Of a stretch of DNA of 32,000 nucleotides, positions 1 to 8,519 are shown piece after piece. The stretch's first letter is position 1. Each line of letters starts with the position of its first letter. Source of the stretch: an uncultured archaeon (lineage in GTDB: Archaea > Iainarchaeota > Iainarchaeia > Iainarchaeales > Iainarchaeaceae); assembly GCA_964577555.1 (NCBI GenBank), contig CAZNZM010000001.1, positions 55,178-87,177 on the forward strand. Reading direction: 5' to 3'. The notes below the pieces were generated by a model. That model was not told the origin of the DNA. It did no database searches and was given only the letters and a program-made list of their open reading frames with translations. The translations under genes were made by a program, and so were the position numbers.

Positions 1-3000
1 CTGGAATTGCAAAAAGATACAGGGAACTTTTTTCAGAGCATAACAAAGACAGAAACGCCACTATTTTTCAGCTCTTCAAGGAAATCATAGAAGGAAAACT
101 TGGTGAAATACCTGACCCTGAAAAGAGGCTTGAACAAGCGGTTAGAACATCTCTGGTGCTTGTTACCGAAGGAGTTGTTGTTGCACCGCTTGATGGCGTG
201 CCAAAAGTAAAAATAAGCACCAACCCTGATGGCTCAAAGTATGTTGATATTTACTTTGCAGGCCCTATAAGAGCGGCAGGCGGCACTGCCACGGTTTTCC
301 CGTTGATACTTGGGGATTATGCGAGGCAACTCATGCAACTTGACAGATACAAGCCAATAGATGACGAAGTTGAAAGGTATGTTGAAGAAATCAATATTTA
401 CGACGAAATAATCACGCGGCAATACAAGTTGAAAGATGATGAAATAAGAAAAATAATAAGAGGTTGTCCTGTCTGCGTGAATGGCGAACCAACCGAAGAC
501 AGAGAAGTTGTTGCACATCGCGATTTGCAAAGAATACCTTCAAATAGAATCAGAGGCGGAATGTGCCTTGTTATTTCAGAAGGAATTGGATTAAAAGCAA
601 TGAAAATAATGAAGCTTGCAAAAATGCTTGGATTGAATTGGAATTGGCTTGAATCAATCGCAAAAATAAGCAAAAGCGGTGGAAGTGAAAGCGAAATAAA
701 ACCAAATTATTCTTATCTTTCAAGAATCGCGGCAGGCCGGCCAATATTTTCATACCCTTCAAGGCTTGGCGGTTTTAGGTTGAGGTATGGCAGAGCCAGA
801 AATACTTGTGTAATGGCAAAAGGAATACACCCTGCAACAATGGTGTTGCTTGATGGTTTTATTGCTGTTGGAACCCAAATAAAAATAGAAAGACCTGGAA
901 AAAGTGCGGAAATGTTTCCTGTTGATTCAATTGACGGCCCAATAGTCAAGTTATTCTCCGGCGAAGTGAAAAAAATAAATAATGCAAATGAAGCAGAGCA
1001 AATAAAGGAAAAAGTAAAAGAAATACTTTTTCTAGGAGACATGCTTGTGAATGTAGGCGATTTCAGAAAAACTGCACACCCGCTAATGCCGGCTGGCTAC
1101 TGCCACGAATGGTGGGGCCTTGAAGTGGAAAAAGCGGTTTTTGAAAAAAAAAGCGATGAAAAATGGCTTGAAACAGCAAAAAACTCCAACAATGTAAGCG
1201 AAGAAATTGCATTAAAAGCATGTGAAGAACTTGGGGTTCCATTGCACCCTGAATACATTCATTATTATTCTGCCCTTTCAATTGAAGAAGCTTGCGAAAT
1301 AGTAATAGCGGTAAGAAGCGGGAGCAAAATTGAAAGCAACGGAAAAATAAACGCACTTGAAATTCAAAACTTGCCTAAAATCAAGGAAGCACTTGAAAAA
1401 GCAGGAATACCTCATAAAGTCGCAGGAGAAAAAATAATTATAAGCAATAGCGCGCATTCCTTTTTCAAGACTTTTGGAGGCGAAAATTCAAAAGAGCCTG
1501 ACAAATCATTGAACGTACTTGAATTGCTTTCAAACCTTTCAGGAATGAAAATCCGGGACAAAGCTGGAACATTTATAGGCTGCAGAATGGGAAGGCCTGA
1601 AGCATCAAGGCCGAGAAAAATGGTTGGAGACCCAATGGTGCTTTTTCCAATAGGTATTGCAGGAGGAAACACAAGGTCAATAAACAAAGCTGCTGAAACC
1701 CAAGGAATAATAGAAGCCGAAATAGCTTATTTTATTGATCCTGAAACAGGCAAGATTGAAGAGCAACCATTTTCGCTTACAACCGGAAAAAGGCTTGAGT
1801 TAATGAGAAAATGCAAAAAATGCAACAAATTTTCAAAAATGGAAAAGTGCCCCAATTGCAAATCGGAAACAGAAGCTTTTAATGCAAGAAAATTCAACAT
1901 TGCCGAACTCGTCAGGCAAGCCTCATCAAAGTTGAATGTGCCAACACCTCAATTAATAAAAGGTGTTAAAGGGCTTATAAACGCGGAAAAAATTCCAGAG
2001 CCTATAGAAAAGGGAATTTTGAGGGCAAGGCAAAACTTGCACATATTTAGAGATGGAACAATCAGATTTGAAATGCTCAACGCACCACTCACGCATTTTA
2101 AGCCTTCAGAAATAGGTCTTTCTGTTGAAAAAGCCAAAGAATTGGGTTACTTGTTTGATAAAAACGGCAAGGAACTCGTATCTGAAAACCAAATATGCGA
2201 ATTGTTTCCACAAGACATAATAGTAAATGAAACTGCCGGAGACTTTTTTGTAAGAGTGTCAAAATTTCTGGACGAAGAACTTGAAAAATTTTATGGATTG
2301 CCAAAATACTTTAATTATGATTCAAAAAACCAGTTGATTGGAGAATTATTTCTTGGTCTTGCACCGCATACATCCGCCGGAGTGCTTTGCAGATTGATAG
2401 GTTACTCCAAGGCAAAACTGAATTTTGCCCACCCGTATTTTCATCTTGCAAAAAGAAGAAATGCCGACGGAGACCAGGATTCTGTCATGATGTTGATGGA
2501 TGCCTTATTGAATTTCTCAAAAAACTATTTGCCTTCCACAAGAGGAGGCAGAATGGACGCCCCACTTGTCTTCACAGTCAACATAAATCCTTTGGAAATA
2601 GATGACGAAGCATACGAAGTTGAAGTATGCTCCAAATACCCTTTAGAATTATATGAAAAAAGCCTTATTCATGCTGATCCAAAAATAGATTCCATACCTA
2701 TTGTTGGCGACAGAATAGGAAAACCTGAACAATTTTATGGATTGGAGTATACGCACGAAACCTCAATATTTGATGCCGGACCAAAAGCATCAACATATGT
2801 AACATTCAAATCAATGGAAGAAAAAATGAAAGCCCAAGCCGCGATACAAGAAAAAATCAGGGCTATTGACAAAAAAGACTCTTTAGAAAGAGTTCTTGTA
2901 AGCCACTTTCTGCCTGATATAATAGGAAATACAAGGGCTTTCGCAAGACAGGAATTCAGGTGCTCAAAATGCAATACAAAGTATAGAAGAATTCCTCTTG

Positions 3001-3209
3001 TCGGGAAATGCACAAAATGCGGAGAAGAAAAACTTATTTTGACAATAGCACAGGGCTCGGTAAGAAAATACATGATAATAGCAAAAGAACTAATAGCAAA
3101 ACACAATTTAAGCAATTACTTAAAGCAAAGAATAGAATTGATAGAAAAAGAAATAGATTCAGTTTTTGCAACGGAAACAAAGCAAAAAAGCCTTTTGCAA
3201 TTCGTATAA
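1..3209 (+). CDS. polC/dp2: DNA polymerase II (PolD) large subunit DP2, 5' truncated by window edge; the reading frame is open from nt 3, upstream of the listed Met at 156
   Basis: Frame continues upstream as GIAKRYRELFSEHNKDRNATIFQLFKEIIEGKLGEIPDPEKRLEQAVRTSLVLVTEGVVVAPLDGV. DP2 hallmarks: AGGTAATVFPLILGDYARQ, NADGDQDSVMMLMDALLNFSKNYLPSTRGGRMDAPLV, zinc-finger pairs CKKC..CPNC and CSKC..CTKC. No intein apparent. Confidence 0.95.
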   Translation, partial: GIAKRYRELFSEHNKDRNATIFQLFKEIIEGKLGEIPDPEKRLEQAVRTSLVLVTEGVVVAPLDGVPKVKISTNPDGSKYVDIYFAGPIRAAGGTATVFPLILGDYARQLMQLDRYKPIDDEVERYVEEINIYDEIITRQYKLKDDEIRKIIRGCPVCVNGEPTEDREVVAHRDLQRIPSNRIRGGMCLVISEGIGLKAMKIMKLAKMLGLNWNWLESIAKISKSGGSESEIKPNYSYLSRIAAGRPIFSYPSRLGGFRLRYGRARNTCVMAKGIHPATMVLLDGFIAVGTQIKIERPGKSAEMFPVDSIDGPIVKLFSGEVKKINNANEAEQIKEKVKEILFLGDMLVNVGDFRKTAHPLMPAGYCHEWWGLEVEKAVFEKKSDEKWLETAKNSNNVSEEIALKACEELGVPLHPEYIHYYSALSIEEACEIVIAVRSGSKIESNGKINALEIQNLPKIKEALEKAGIPHKVAGEKIIISNSAHSFFKTFGGENSKEPDKSLNVLELLSNLSGMKIRDKAGTFIGCRMGRPEASRPRKMVGDPMVLFPIGIAGGNTRSINKAAETQGIIEAEIAYFIDPETGKIEEQPFSLTTGKRLELMRKCKKCNKFSKMEKCPNCKSETEAFNARKFNIAELVRQASSKLNVPTPQLIKGVKGLINAEKIPEPIEKGILRARQNLHIFRDGTIRFEMLNAPLTHFKPSEIGLSVEKAKELGYLFDKNGKELVSENQICELFPQDIIVNETAGDFFVRVSKFLDEELEKFYGLPKYFNYDSKNQLIGELFLGLAPHTSAGVLCRLIGYSKAKLNFAHPYFHLAKRRNADGDQDSVMMLMDALLNFSKNYLPSTRGGRMDAPLVFTVNINPLEIDDEAYEVEVCSKYPLELYEKSLIHADPKIDSIPIVGDRIGKPEQFYGLEYTHETSIFDAGPKASTYVTFKSMEEKMKAQAAIQEKIRAIDKKDSLERVLVSHFLPDIIGNTRAFARQEFRCSKCNTKYRRIPLVGKCTKCGEEKLILTIAQGSVRKYMIIAKELIAKHNLSNYLKQRIELIEKEIDSVFATETKQKSLLQFV

Positions 3210-3510
3210 AAAATAAAATGTCTAAACGGCTCGCCAAAACAAACGACAAAAAAACAGCTTGGCACAAAAAAACTACTTGCAAAAAAAACAAATTCCAATT
3301 AAAAAAATGACAAAAAAAATAATTGACAAAAAAACTTGGCTAGCAATATCAAAAAAAACAAAAACTAATTATAAAATTAAAAAAAATAAAATTGGCTCAC
3401 AAAAAACAAACAACAAAAAAAAACAAAATTGACCAAAAAAAAAGGCTAGGCAAAAACAACCCAACAAAAAATAAAAAATTCGCTAGAAAAGAACACAAAA
3501 AAAACTAGTC
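3210..3510 (+). repeat. A-tract-rich intergenic array (same family)
   Basis: acggctcgccaaaacaaacgacaaaaaaacagcttggcacaaaaaaa...aaaattggctcacaaaaaacaaacaac between convergent genes. Confidence 0.7.
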
Positions 3511-3527
3511 ATAAGAAAAGAAAAAAA

Positions 3528-4295
3528 TTAAAGCTTATAAACAAGAAAAAAAACCACAATTATTGCTATTATTGCAATTACAATAACTTTAAAATCGTCG
3601 TTCAGCAAATTTTGTTCGGCGTGTTTGTTGTTGTGCTTTGAATTCCTGTTTGGCAAAAAAAAATCAGTGATTGAACTTATAAAACTTGATATATACTTAA
3701 ACCATGTCCTTAAATTGAACATTTCAACATAAGCTTCGCGAAGCAATTCTCGTTTGGTTTTTTCACGCAATGGTGGATTGCCGTCATCAATCAATTCTTT
3801 TGTAACTGCATTCATTGTTGCAACATAGTTTATTTCATCAAGAGTGTATTCCAATACCCAAAATGGAACAAAAACCAATTCTATTCCAGAAATTATTACA
3901 TTATTTTTTGAAGCATTTTTTTCAGCGGAGAGTGCAACCAAAATTATTTTTTTTACATCGCGTTCTGAAATTCTCGGGCTGACAACTTCATATTTGTAGT
4001 CATGCGTTATTTCGGGAGACTTGATTCCGGATTCCAATACAGCCAAGTCGGAAAGTTCATGCGCTATTTCGTTGGTGAAAGCGTTGAAGGCCGAGTGTCC
4101 TTTGGCAATTATTTTGGTTTTTCCTGAAGATTCATCGTATATGTCGTATGAAAAAAAATAATATGGCAGGTACTTTATGTAAACTCTTCCAAATTGGTAA
4201 TTATTATAGCCTTTTGAATCCAATATGCGAGAAACTGTTTCTTCTGCGGTGATTATTTCAACATTTACGGAAAAAGCTGGTTTCTCGAGAAGCAT
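3528..4295 (-). CDS. hypothetical protein with single C-terminal transmembrane helix (tail-anchored), immediately downstream of sepF-like gene
   Basis: 255-aa ORF; C-terminus DDFKVIVIAIIAIIVVFFLVYKL is a clear TM helix; 13-nt gap to the upstream co-directional gene. Confidence 0.75.
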   Translation of the reverse strand: MLLEKPAFSVNVEIITAEETVSRILDSKGYNNYQFGRVYIKYLPYYFFSYDIYDESSGKTKIIAKGHSAFNAFTNEIAHELSDLAVLESGIKSPEITHDYKYEVVSPRISERDVKKIILVALSAEKNASKNNVIISGIELVFVPFWVLEYTLDEINYVATMNAVTKELIDDGNPPLREKTKRELLREAYVEMFNLRTWFKYISSFISSITDFFLPNRNSKHNNKHAEQNLLNDDFKVIVIAIIAIIVVFFLVYKL

Positions 4296-4308
4296 TTTTT
4301 TTCCTCAA

Positions 4309-4665
4309 TTACTCCCTTCTCTTAATGATTTTTACTCTGCTAGGAGTAACAAGGACTTTTTCTTGGCTTACCCTTGCAATGTCACCGTTTATGCTTTGGA
4401 CTCCTGCTTTTATGCTATTCACCAATTCTTTGAGTTTTTGCGCGTTTCTTTTGCTCAAATCAGCAATATTTACTAACACTATGTTGCCTTTTTTTGCTTC
4501 TTCAAGCACCAAATCCCTGTCGGATTCATTGTTAAGTGTTATAGGCTTAACAAAGGCATCAGCGTCTTCGTAAGGATCTTCTTGTTCAGTGTCCATTTTA
4601 TTCAAAAATTCTTCTACATCAAACTCATCCTTTTTTCTTCCAATGAGTTTTTCCATGAAAGCCAT
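4309..4665 (-). CDS. sepF: SepF-like cell-division protein
   Basis: 118 aa with N-terminal MAFMEKLIGRKKDEFD (membrane-targeting-like), acidic linker, then NESDRDLVLEEAKKGNIVLVNIADLSKRNAQKLKELVNSIKAGVQSINGDIARVSQEKVLVTPSRVKI, which matches the SepF core pattern. Confidence 0.8.
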   Translation of the reverse strand: MAFMEKLIGRKKDEFDVEEFLNKMDTEQEDPYEDADAFVKPITLNNESDRDLVLEEAKKGNIVLVNIADLSKRNAQKLKELVNSIKAGVQSINGDIARVSQEKVLVTPSRVKIIKRRE

Positions 4666-4852
4666 TCAATAACCACCCCTCCAAATGAAAAAATTCTTAT
4701 AGAAATTTGTATGAAGCCTATTTTAACCTTTTGTTTAAAAGAAAAAATTGAAAAAAATGCTGAAAAAAACTAAAAAAATGCCAAAAATAACGGCTTGAAA
4801 TCAATTCGTGTTTTTTTGCCGTGTGAAAAATTAGAAATCCGAACTTAATACC

Positions 4853-4896
4853 GGAATTGGTTTAATTCCACAACTCAATTTTTTTTTATTAAGTTG
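4853..4896. promoter_or_regulatory. two adjacent inverted repeats in the sepF/cdc6 divergent intergenic region
   Basis: GGAATT-ggttt-AATTCC (4853-4869) and CAACTCAAT-tttttttt-ATTAAGTTG (4871-4896, 8 of 9 pairs). Confidence 0.45.
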
Positions 4897-4921
4897 CATT
4901 TATTTTGAATAGGGGGTTTTT

Positions 4922-6124
4922 GTGGAGAATATTTTTGAAAAAGAATTTGCTAAAGAAACTATTTTTGTTGACCGCAATTTGATGACTCCGCATTATACTC
5001 CGAAAGTGTTGCCTTTCAGGGAGCCTTTTATTGAAAGCACTTCAAAAATATTGAGTGCCACCTTGAAAGGCGCGAAAGCCGACAATATTTTCATTTATGG
5101 CAAAACAGGAACAGGCAAAACCAGTGTGACAAAGCATGTCATGAATCAATTGCTTGAATTTGCTTCTTCTAAAAATGTGCCGGTTGAAGGCAATTATGTA
5201 AATTGCAGAAATCACAACAGCAAATACAGAGTCATGATTAAAATAGTGAAAGACCTTTATCCGGAAGAAAATTTCCTTGGTTTTTCCGCTGCTTTTATTT
5301 ATGAAAAACTCTTGGCTTACGCGAGAAAGGGCAAACAATTGGTAATTGTCTTGGACGAAATTGACAAAGTCAAGGATCTTGATGAACTTGTTTACGGGCT
5401 TACCAGGGCAAATGATGAATTGGATAAAGGCAGCATAACTTTGATTGGAATCTCAAACAATTTAATGTTCAAAGAAAGACTTGACCCTCGAACAAAAAGC
5501 AGTTTATGCCAACATGAAATGGTTTTCCCGCCTTACAATGCACAAGAATTAGTAGAAATTTTAAAACAAAGAACCGCAATAGCGTTCAAGCCTAATACTG
5601 TTGACGAATCAGCAATAAATTTGGCCGCGGCAATTGCGGCGCAGGAATCCGGGGATGCAAGAACTGCAGTAATGCTTTTGCTTCGCGCTGGAGAACTTGC
5701 AGACATGAAAGGAGGCATAGTCACTGACAAAGAAGTGCAAAAAGCAAAAAAACAGGTAGAGGAAGAGCTTATAATTAACATGGTTTCAACATTGCCTGAA
5801 CAACAACAGCTTGTATTGTATTCAATAGCGTGCTTGTCATTGCAAAAAAAACCGATGCAAAAAATTACTGGGGAAAAAGAAACAGGAGTATTATTTTCAG
5901 GAGAAATTTATGACGAGTATTGCAAAATTTCAAAAAAATTCAAAGAGCAAACAGTCAGTGCTCGTTGGTATAGGGAATATATAACAGAACTTGAAATGTA
6001 TGGCTTGATTTACACCGCAAATTCGGGCAAAGGGATTAAAGGGCAAACAACCCTAATAAAACTGGATTTTGAAGCTGAAAAAATAAAAAATTTGATAGAG
6101 AAGCAATTATTGGAAGTGAATTGA
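4922..6124 (+). CDS. cdc6: Orc1/Cdc6 family replication initiator (GTG start)
   Basis: 400 aa; Walker A GKTGTGKTSV, Walker B LVIVLDEIDKVKD, sensor region TLIGISNNLMF, C-terminal winged-helix-like region. Confidence 0.93.
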   Translation: MENIFEKEFAKETIFVDRNLMTPHYTPKVLPFREPFIESTSKILSATLKGAKADNIFIYGKTGTGKTSVTKHVMNQLLEFASSKNVPVEGNYVNCRNHNSKYRVMIKIVKDLYPEENFLGFSAAFIYEKLLAYARKGKQLVIVLDEIDKVKDLDELVYGLTRANDELDKGSITLIGISNNLMFKERLDPRTKSSLCQHEMVFPPYNAQELVEILKQRTAIAFKPNTVDESAINLAAAIAAQESGDARTAVMLLLRAGELADMKGGIVTDKEVQKAKKQVEEELIINMVSTLPEQQQLVLYSIACLSLQKKPMQKITGEKETGVLFSGEIYDEYCKISKKFKEQTVSARWYREYITELEMYGLIYTANSGKGIKGQTTLIKLDFEAEKIKNLIEKQLLEVN

Positions 6125-6330
6125 ACTTTGTTTTATGATGTTTGTAATAAAAAATTAAAATTTGCATGTGCCTTGGCATTCAAATGCGACACTTATTGAG
6201 TGACCAGCCACTTATTTGTTTTTTTGCCGCGAAAAAAAGTTCTTCATCAATTCCTTAAAAGACAAGGATTTTTCTTGCAAGTATCAAATTTGAATTTGCG
6301 GTTTGGCATCAAAATTTACTCTGACAAAAA

Positions 6331-8433
6331 TTATTTTTTTATCTCTAATTGTTTCTTTACTTTCAAAGCTGTTTTCTCGCCAAGAACCTTTTGAAGGTCT
6401 TTTATGTCGGTTTTTTTCACGTCAGAAATTGTTTTAACGCCTGCGTTGAAAAGTCTTCTCGCCCTTACGCGCCCAATGCCATTAAACTCGCAAAGATGTA
6501 TCAACTCCTCTCTTATGCCTTTTTTAATCCTTTTGTGCAACTTTTTAAGTCTTGGCAAATGTTCTTTAATGTCCAAAATTCTTGCAATTTCATGCAAAGA
6601 ATATACAAGCCAATCTGCATTTTCAACCATTGACATTAAAAAACCTGGCTTGATTCCGTAAGTGTCGCAAATAGCCTGCTCTTTGACTTCTGAAATCCAA
6701 TCATTAAGAATACTGGCAGTCCAAACTCTTGAAACAAGCAACTCTTCCTCAGACATTTCATCGCCATTTACTGGAATGAATTCTCGGTATTCCTCTAACA
6801 AAGATAGTGCTTGCAAGTATTCTGATTGGAGGAGTTGAATTTGAGAATGGTCTAATTCAAAATATTCAGCAACTATGAAAAGATAAGAAAAATCGTGTAA
6901 ATTTTTCTTTTTCAAATAAGATATTATTTTATGGGCCGCAATCGGATCAAGGTACAATTCTGCAATTCTTGCGCCCAAAACAGTGGCTTCTATTCTTGCA
7001 TCATTGGTTTTAATAAAACCAATTTTTTCCAAATCAAATAACAATGATTTTATTTTCTCATAAAGAAGGGAAATGTCGCGGTATTGATGCGCATAAAATG
7101 TTTTTGAAAAAAATTTTTCCGCTGAATAAATGTCAAAAATAAAACCTGATGAAATTGCTGCAAGCAAATGAAATGATAAATCGTCTTTCTGGGCAATACT
7201 TGAATTTACTGGTTCAACCTCTCCGTTGACAAAGTATTCTGAATAATTTTCTTTTTCAGTTTCGTTTTTTGCAATTATTATTGACTCGCCACTTAAATCA
7301 TATTTGGGTCTTCCAGCCCTGCCGGCCATTTGTTTGTACTCGAATACAGGAATAGTATACCTGCCTTTAGACCCATAACGATAAAGGCTTTGTATAATAA
7401 CCCTGAAAGCAGGAAGATTTACTCCTGCTGCCAAAGTCGGGGTTGAAGAAATGAATTTCAAATGATTTTCTTTGAACAAATTTTCTATTATGATGCGTTG
7501 CTTCTGCAACAATCCAGCATGATGAAAACAAGAACCTTGTTTTATCAAGGATGCAATCAAATTGCATTGTTCTGTTGGTTCTTCAAGTACTGAAAGAATT
7601 TCTTTTGCAGCTTTGCTCAAAGCGACACGATCATCTTCAGTAAGATATTTTTCAGATATTCTTGCAAGCTTTTTGGAATTGCTTTCCGACATCTTGCGGC
7701 TGTTGGCAAAAATCAAAGCCTGTTTTCCTTTCTTCAAAGTGTCTAACGCTAATGATGATATTTCGTCTTCTTCAAGTTTTATTTCTTCAACGGAATTTGG
7801 AAAAATTATTTTTCCATCCAAAAAAATTCCTTCTAATAATTTTACCGGCCTATAATTGCTTTGAACGGGCTTTGCTTCAAGCCATTGAGCTATTTCAAAA
7901 GCGTTCGGAATTGTGGCAGAAAGCCCTATAATTTGAATACTTGGATTAGAGATAATTATTTTCACTATCAACATTTCAAGAGTTGAACCACGGTCTGTGC
8001 CAAGGCAGTGAATTTCGTCAATGATTAGGCAACCTATATTTGAAATCCAATTGGCTTTGTGCGTTATCAAAGAATCTAGCTTTTCATAAGTAGTAAAAAT
8101 AACGTCGTTTCTGCCCAGGTTTTCGCCTTTAGAGTCAAAGTCGCCAGTGCTTAATGCTGTGTGTATTGAAAACTTTTCAGAATACTTTCTTTTAAAATCG
8201 TGGGCGTGTTCTGCCGCCAAGGCACGCAAAGGACAAGTATAAACCGCTTTTTTTCTTTTATTAAGCACTGATTGCAAAATCCCTATTTCCGCAATAATTG
8301 TTTTTCCGGAAGCCGTAGGAGAACTCACTATAATGCTGTTTTCAAGCAAACCTTCTTCTATTGCTTTTTTCTGCATTGGATTAAAAGACTCAAAATTGTT
8401 GGCTTCCTTGACAATCTTCAAAACATCCATCAA
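6331..8433 (-). CDS. hel308: Hel308-like superfamily 2 DNA helicase
   Basis: 700 aa; FNPMQKKAIEEG Q-motif, SSPTASGKTIIAE, DEIHCLG, GLSATIPNA, ATPTLAAGVNLPAFRVII, QMAGRAGRPKYD, C-terminal helix-hairpin-helix (GIGRVRARRLFNAGVKTISDV). Confidence 0.92.
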   Translation of the reverse strand: MMDVLKIVKEANNFESFNPMQKKAIEEGLLENSIIVSSPTASGKTIIAEIGILQSVLNKRKKAVYTCPLRALAAEHAHDFKRKYSEKFSIHTALSTGDFDSKGENLGRNDVIFTTYEKLDSLITHKANWISNIGCLIIDEIHCLGTDRGSTLEMLIVKIIISNPSIQIIGLSATIPNAFEIAQWLEAKPVQSNYRPVKLLEGIFLDGKIIFPNSVEEIKLEEDEISSLALDTLKKGKQALIFANSRKMSESNSKKLARISEKYLTEDDRVALSKAAKEILSVLEEPTEQCNLIASLIKQGSCFHHAGLLQKQRIIIENLFKENHLKFISSTPTLAAGVNLPAFRVIIQSLYRYGSKGRYTIPVFEYKQMAGRAGRPKYDLSGESIIIAKNETEKENYSEYFVNGEVEPVNSSIAQKDDLSFHLLAAISSGFIFDIYSAEKFFSKTFYAHQYRDISLLYEKIKSLLFDLEKIGFIKTNDARIEATVLGARIAELYLDPIAAHKIISYLKKKNLHDFSYLFIVAEYFELDHSQIQLLQSEYLQALSLLEEYREFIPVNGDEMSEEELLVSRVWTASILNDWISEVKEQAICDTYGIKPGFLMSMVENADWLVYSLHEIARILDIKEHLPRLKKLHKRIKKGIREELIHLCEFNGIGRVRARRLFNAGVKTISDVKKTDIKDLQKVLGEKTALKVKKQLEIKK

Positions 8434-8519
8434 ATCAAAAAAAAAGCTTTTATTGAAAGAATTTAATATATTAATGTCTATTCTTATAACAAAACTTATA
8501 ACAAAAAAGGTGCTTTCCT

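Noticed and set aside
3008-3310. 100-aa Lys/Asn-rich + strand ORF overlapping the DP2 3' end
   Set aside because: Out of frame with DP2 and continues into the A-rich array; composition artefact.
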